Origin: Neoconidiobolus thromboides FSU 785
Lineage: Eukaryota > Fungi > Entomophthoromycota
Length of the DNA: 64,000 bases
Direction: 5' to 3'
Assembly (NCBI GenBank): GCA_025603075.1
Contig: MU626342.1
Location: 24,755-88,754 of the forward strand
Below the pieces are notes generated by a model. That model searched no databases and was not told the origin of the DNA. It worked only from the letters and a program-made list of their open reading frames with translations. Within the stretch, counting starts at the first letter, position 1; each line of letters starts with the position of its first letter. Positions 61,065 through 64,000 of the stretch are shown piece by piece. The position numbers and the translations under genes were made by a program.

Positions 61065-61699
61065 TTTAATTTTTGAACTTACCTTTATTTGTGTTTCCTT
61101 TTATATCCTTATTGCTTTTTTCTTACATAATCCTTTTATTTTCTTACATAATAAAAGGTTACAATAATAATTTGAATTATTTATTATTTGTAAAGGGTTG
61201 AAAACTTTTTTACTAAAGTAAATGATATAAAAACTTATAAAATTTTAAGCTATATGGTGAGTCACTATTGAAAGTACAATATTTATGATGTAATTCAAGT
61301 ACCAATCATATAAAAAATCATATTGTTATTATCCCTAATTTTATTATTTTGATAAATTAATGTAAGGTAGAGCAAAACTTTTTATATTGAATTTGCTATT
61401 TAAGCCGAAAAAATGACCACTTTTTTCCCTTTCACTTTCACTTTAATAATCCTCCCTCTCCTTACTCTTTTGGTAGCAAGTTTACCTACTGTATATTATT
61501 TTAACTTTGAATATTTTGAAATAAAAGAAACTAACCGATTTCATAATCTAAAAAGCAAACTTATATTTTAAACCAATGATGTTTGTTATACAATTGTAAC
61601 ATTTTAAGTTTCATATATAAATCTGTATACAAATTAACTAAGTAAAAAAATGAGTGAAGTTTTTCTTTATAACCTCAATTTAATTCAACCTTAAAATAC

Positions 61700-63230
61700 C
61701 AACAAAGTTTGAACAATTAACTGATATATTCTTTGGAGAAATGTTTGAGCAATTACATCCATTTGAGTTATTTAACCTACGTTTTTAAGTAACTATTTAT
61801 TCAAAACTGTATTTAGGGCTATCAAGCATAATAGGACTTATTCACTTCATGATATGTATAAAATTCAAAAATACCCAAGTTTTAATAGACTTAGGAAATT
61901 AGTGTTTGGCAGATAACAAGTGACTTTTACTAAAGAAAATGGAATGTTGATAAAAGACACCAATGTGGCCAATAGTAATAAAGTTAATAGGTATTTGAGT
62001 CGTTATATAAATGTCAATTATATACTCTGGGTTTTCGATCATATTATCAAAAACAGATGTAAGACTATAAGTTTAATTTTTCTGGATGAAAGAAACCAAA
62101 GAGCTTAAAGGTAACTTCCGATTATGTACATGTATAATAATTTATTAGCAGCTATTTAAATCAACTTGAGGTATTTGAATACCATGGAATTAGGATTCCA
62201 ATCAAAGGAATTGGCAAACATTTAGATCCATGGAGTTGTAATTTACTCCATTTCGTTCTCTTAATCGGGAAAAGACTTGAAAAATCTTAATTCTCTTTCT
62301 GTGCTTCCAAAAGCTCCCTGTTTGGTGGTCTTACCTTAGTATTTACCGATTTTATTTTTTATTCTTTATTTTAGCTAACAAAATACATGAGACATGTGTT
62401 TTTCAAGAAAAAACACTTGGGTTTAAACAAATTGGAATTACTTGAAGCATATTGTGGAAAGTATTTGGGTCTTATTGGGCTTTATATCATTAAAGAAAAG
62501 TTTATAAAAACAAAAGTATTACGCTTAAATAGCGATAATACGGATATTGTCTATTCAGATAAGGTAAACTTCAGTGTAAGTTTCTGCTCTAATTTAATTT
62601 GAAGATTGAATCAGATATTACCTATGATAATCTTAAATATTTAAGTGGCTTGAAGAAATTAAAAAATATGAAATTGATAGACTGTAAACAACGTTATATC
62701 AAAAAATATAATAGTACAGGGCCATCTGAAGATTATAATACTATTTTTTTAGGTTGTTTTGAGTTAAGATATCCAACTAATAAAGATATTTCAAAACCAA
62801 CAATTCTATAAGAATTACGCATCATCGAGTTAACAAAAGAAGTATTAAAAACAACTTCCCTAATACCATATATATTATTAATACTGTTACCAAGCTGAAC
62901 TTAAATTTTAAAGAGATATTTGGTATAGATTTAGAAGCTGATATCAATATTTGTGGACGAAAGTTTGATTCAACTCAATGTAAATTTATAAAGTACATTG
63001 AAATTGAGTTCTTTACTATTTCATATAATGGTTTTCCCTGCTTTATATTTATCTTCTCAAACCTTCAAGAATTGATTATTAAGAAGTTTAAGTTTGTGAA
63101 TAATGACATAAAAATTGATTATAAACTCACTACTCCATTGTTCTTTATTACACCCACTCCTCGTTATGAATATTTATCTTTTTATAGTAAATTAGAAATA
63201 TTCCAATTTGTTAAATTATAACAAATCATT
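61700..63230 (+). pseudogene. Decayed F-box/LRR-like gene
   Basis: F-box-like start, LRR-like fragments (LKYLSGLKKLKNMKLIDC), several stops and frameshifts. Confidence 0.45.
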
Positions 63231-63290
63231 TTAGAACAAATTTTTATCTTTATTTTTATCTCTATTTCACCAGTGTGGATATCTTAATAT

Positions 63291-63377
63291 GGGGATGTAT
63301 TTTTGTGTTTAGGAATTTTATCAACGATTTTTCCGCTAAAATAGCGCTTAAAAAAGTAATGAAGCCAAAAAAAAACC
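63291..63377 (+). mobile_element. MITE copy with internal deletions, TSD ATAT
   Basis: GGGGATG start; ATAT at 63287-63290 and 63378-63381. Confidence 0.85.
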
Positions 63378-63539
63378 ATATGCTTATAAAAAGTTGATAA
63401 TTAGAATATAATATATACTTAAATAATATTAGATAACGATAAAAATCCCAAGTTAGAATTTATTTTAATAATATCTAAATATTTTGGCTTTTGATATCTG
63501 CATGATAGCTTACACAGCAATTAGTTAAATAGATTATAT

Positions 63540-63590
63540 GGAGGTATCTGAATTAGTTTCAGAATACTTGAATTAATTTAAATTTTAAGC
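63540..63590 (+). mobile_element. Solo terminus of the Sola-like element
   Basis: ATAT+GGAGGTATCTGAATTAGTTTCAG matches the 17189 TIR. Confidence 0.6.
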
Positions 63591-63633
63591 TTTATGTTAT
63601 TTTTATTAAACACTCAATAAATATATAATATAT

Positions 63634-63731
63634 GGGGCTGTTTTTTTTAGTTCCATTGTTTTTCCGTTTTTTAAGCGCTATTTGAGTGGAAAGATTTCTG
63701 GTAAAATTCTTAAACAAAAGAACACATCCCC
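63634..63731 (-). mobile_element. MITE copy abutting the LTR-like repeat
   Basis: GGGGCTG...CATCCCC; right TSD missing. Confidence 0.85.
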
Positions 63732-63733
63732 AC

Positions 63734-64000
63734 TGTGAAATCTGGTACTCAGGGTTTGGAGTCAAGAACAGCTATTGCTGGGTTGACTACACTATAGGTC
63801 GAAAGGTCTTAGTTTATGTGACTAAGATAGACTTGGATTATGAGGAATAGCACGTAATAGGTTACAAGCTATATAAGACAAATAGAATAGACAATACTAA
63901 TGTAAAATCTACGTAAAATACTATTAAGAAAACTTAGCGGCTTTATTAAATGTTCGAGATATCAGTGATTAATTCAGTTAAAAAGCCTCGAACTATTATA
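63734..64000 (+). repeat. Second copy of the LTR-like repeat (runs off the window)
   Basis: Starts TGTGAAA and aligns with 42554 onward. Confidence 0.7.

Noticed and set aside
7399-63731. MITE copies as a CRISPR-like array or structured ncRNA
   Set aside because: They are dispersed, in both orientations, and flanked by TSDs; there is no repeat-spacer periodicity.

Overview
AT-rich, intron-containing eukaryotic DNA that looks like an early-diverging fungus (inferred from gene content and ~50-bp introns; possibly Zoopagomycota/Conidiobolus-like). Host genes: group III hybrid histidine kinase (NIK1-type), bHLH factor, SSL2/XPB, two p24 proteins, an F-box/Sec7 protein, an LRRC40-like protein, tRNA-Glu, an SreA-type GATA factor, casein kinase I, eIF2-beta, an MRCK/citron-like kinase, a cytochrome b5 protein and two pirins. 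The main find is an intron-free, gene-dense, higher-GC block at ~8.87-27.77 kb. It is a decaying endogenous element with Nucleocytoviricota-type genes, all strongly miniaturised: RPB1 and RPB2, D6/D11-type helicase, probable A7-like early transcription factor, mRNA capping enzyme, D5-type helicase, RNA-primed PolB, and possible SSB and RPB5. It also carries a secreted NucA/NucB-type nuclease, a repeated upstream motif (WAATTGAAGAY) and hairpins between convergent genes. I could recognise no capsid or packaging gene. A 1.84-kb Sola-like DNA transposon relic (17189-19026, ATAT target duplication) splits the block, and removing it rejoins one ~17-kb element. About 14 copies of a ~98-bp MITE with related ends and 4-bp target duplications are scattered through the window. 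All family assignments come from motif recognition by eye; no database searches were run.
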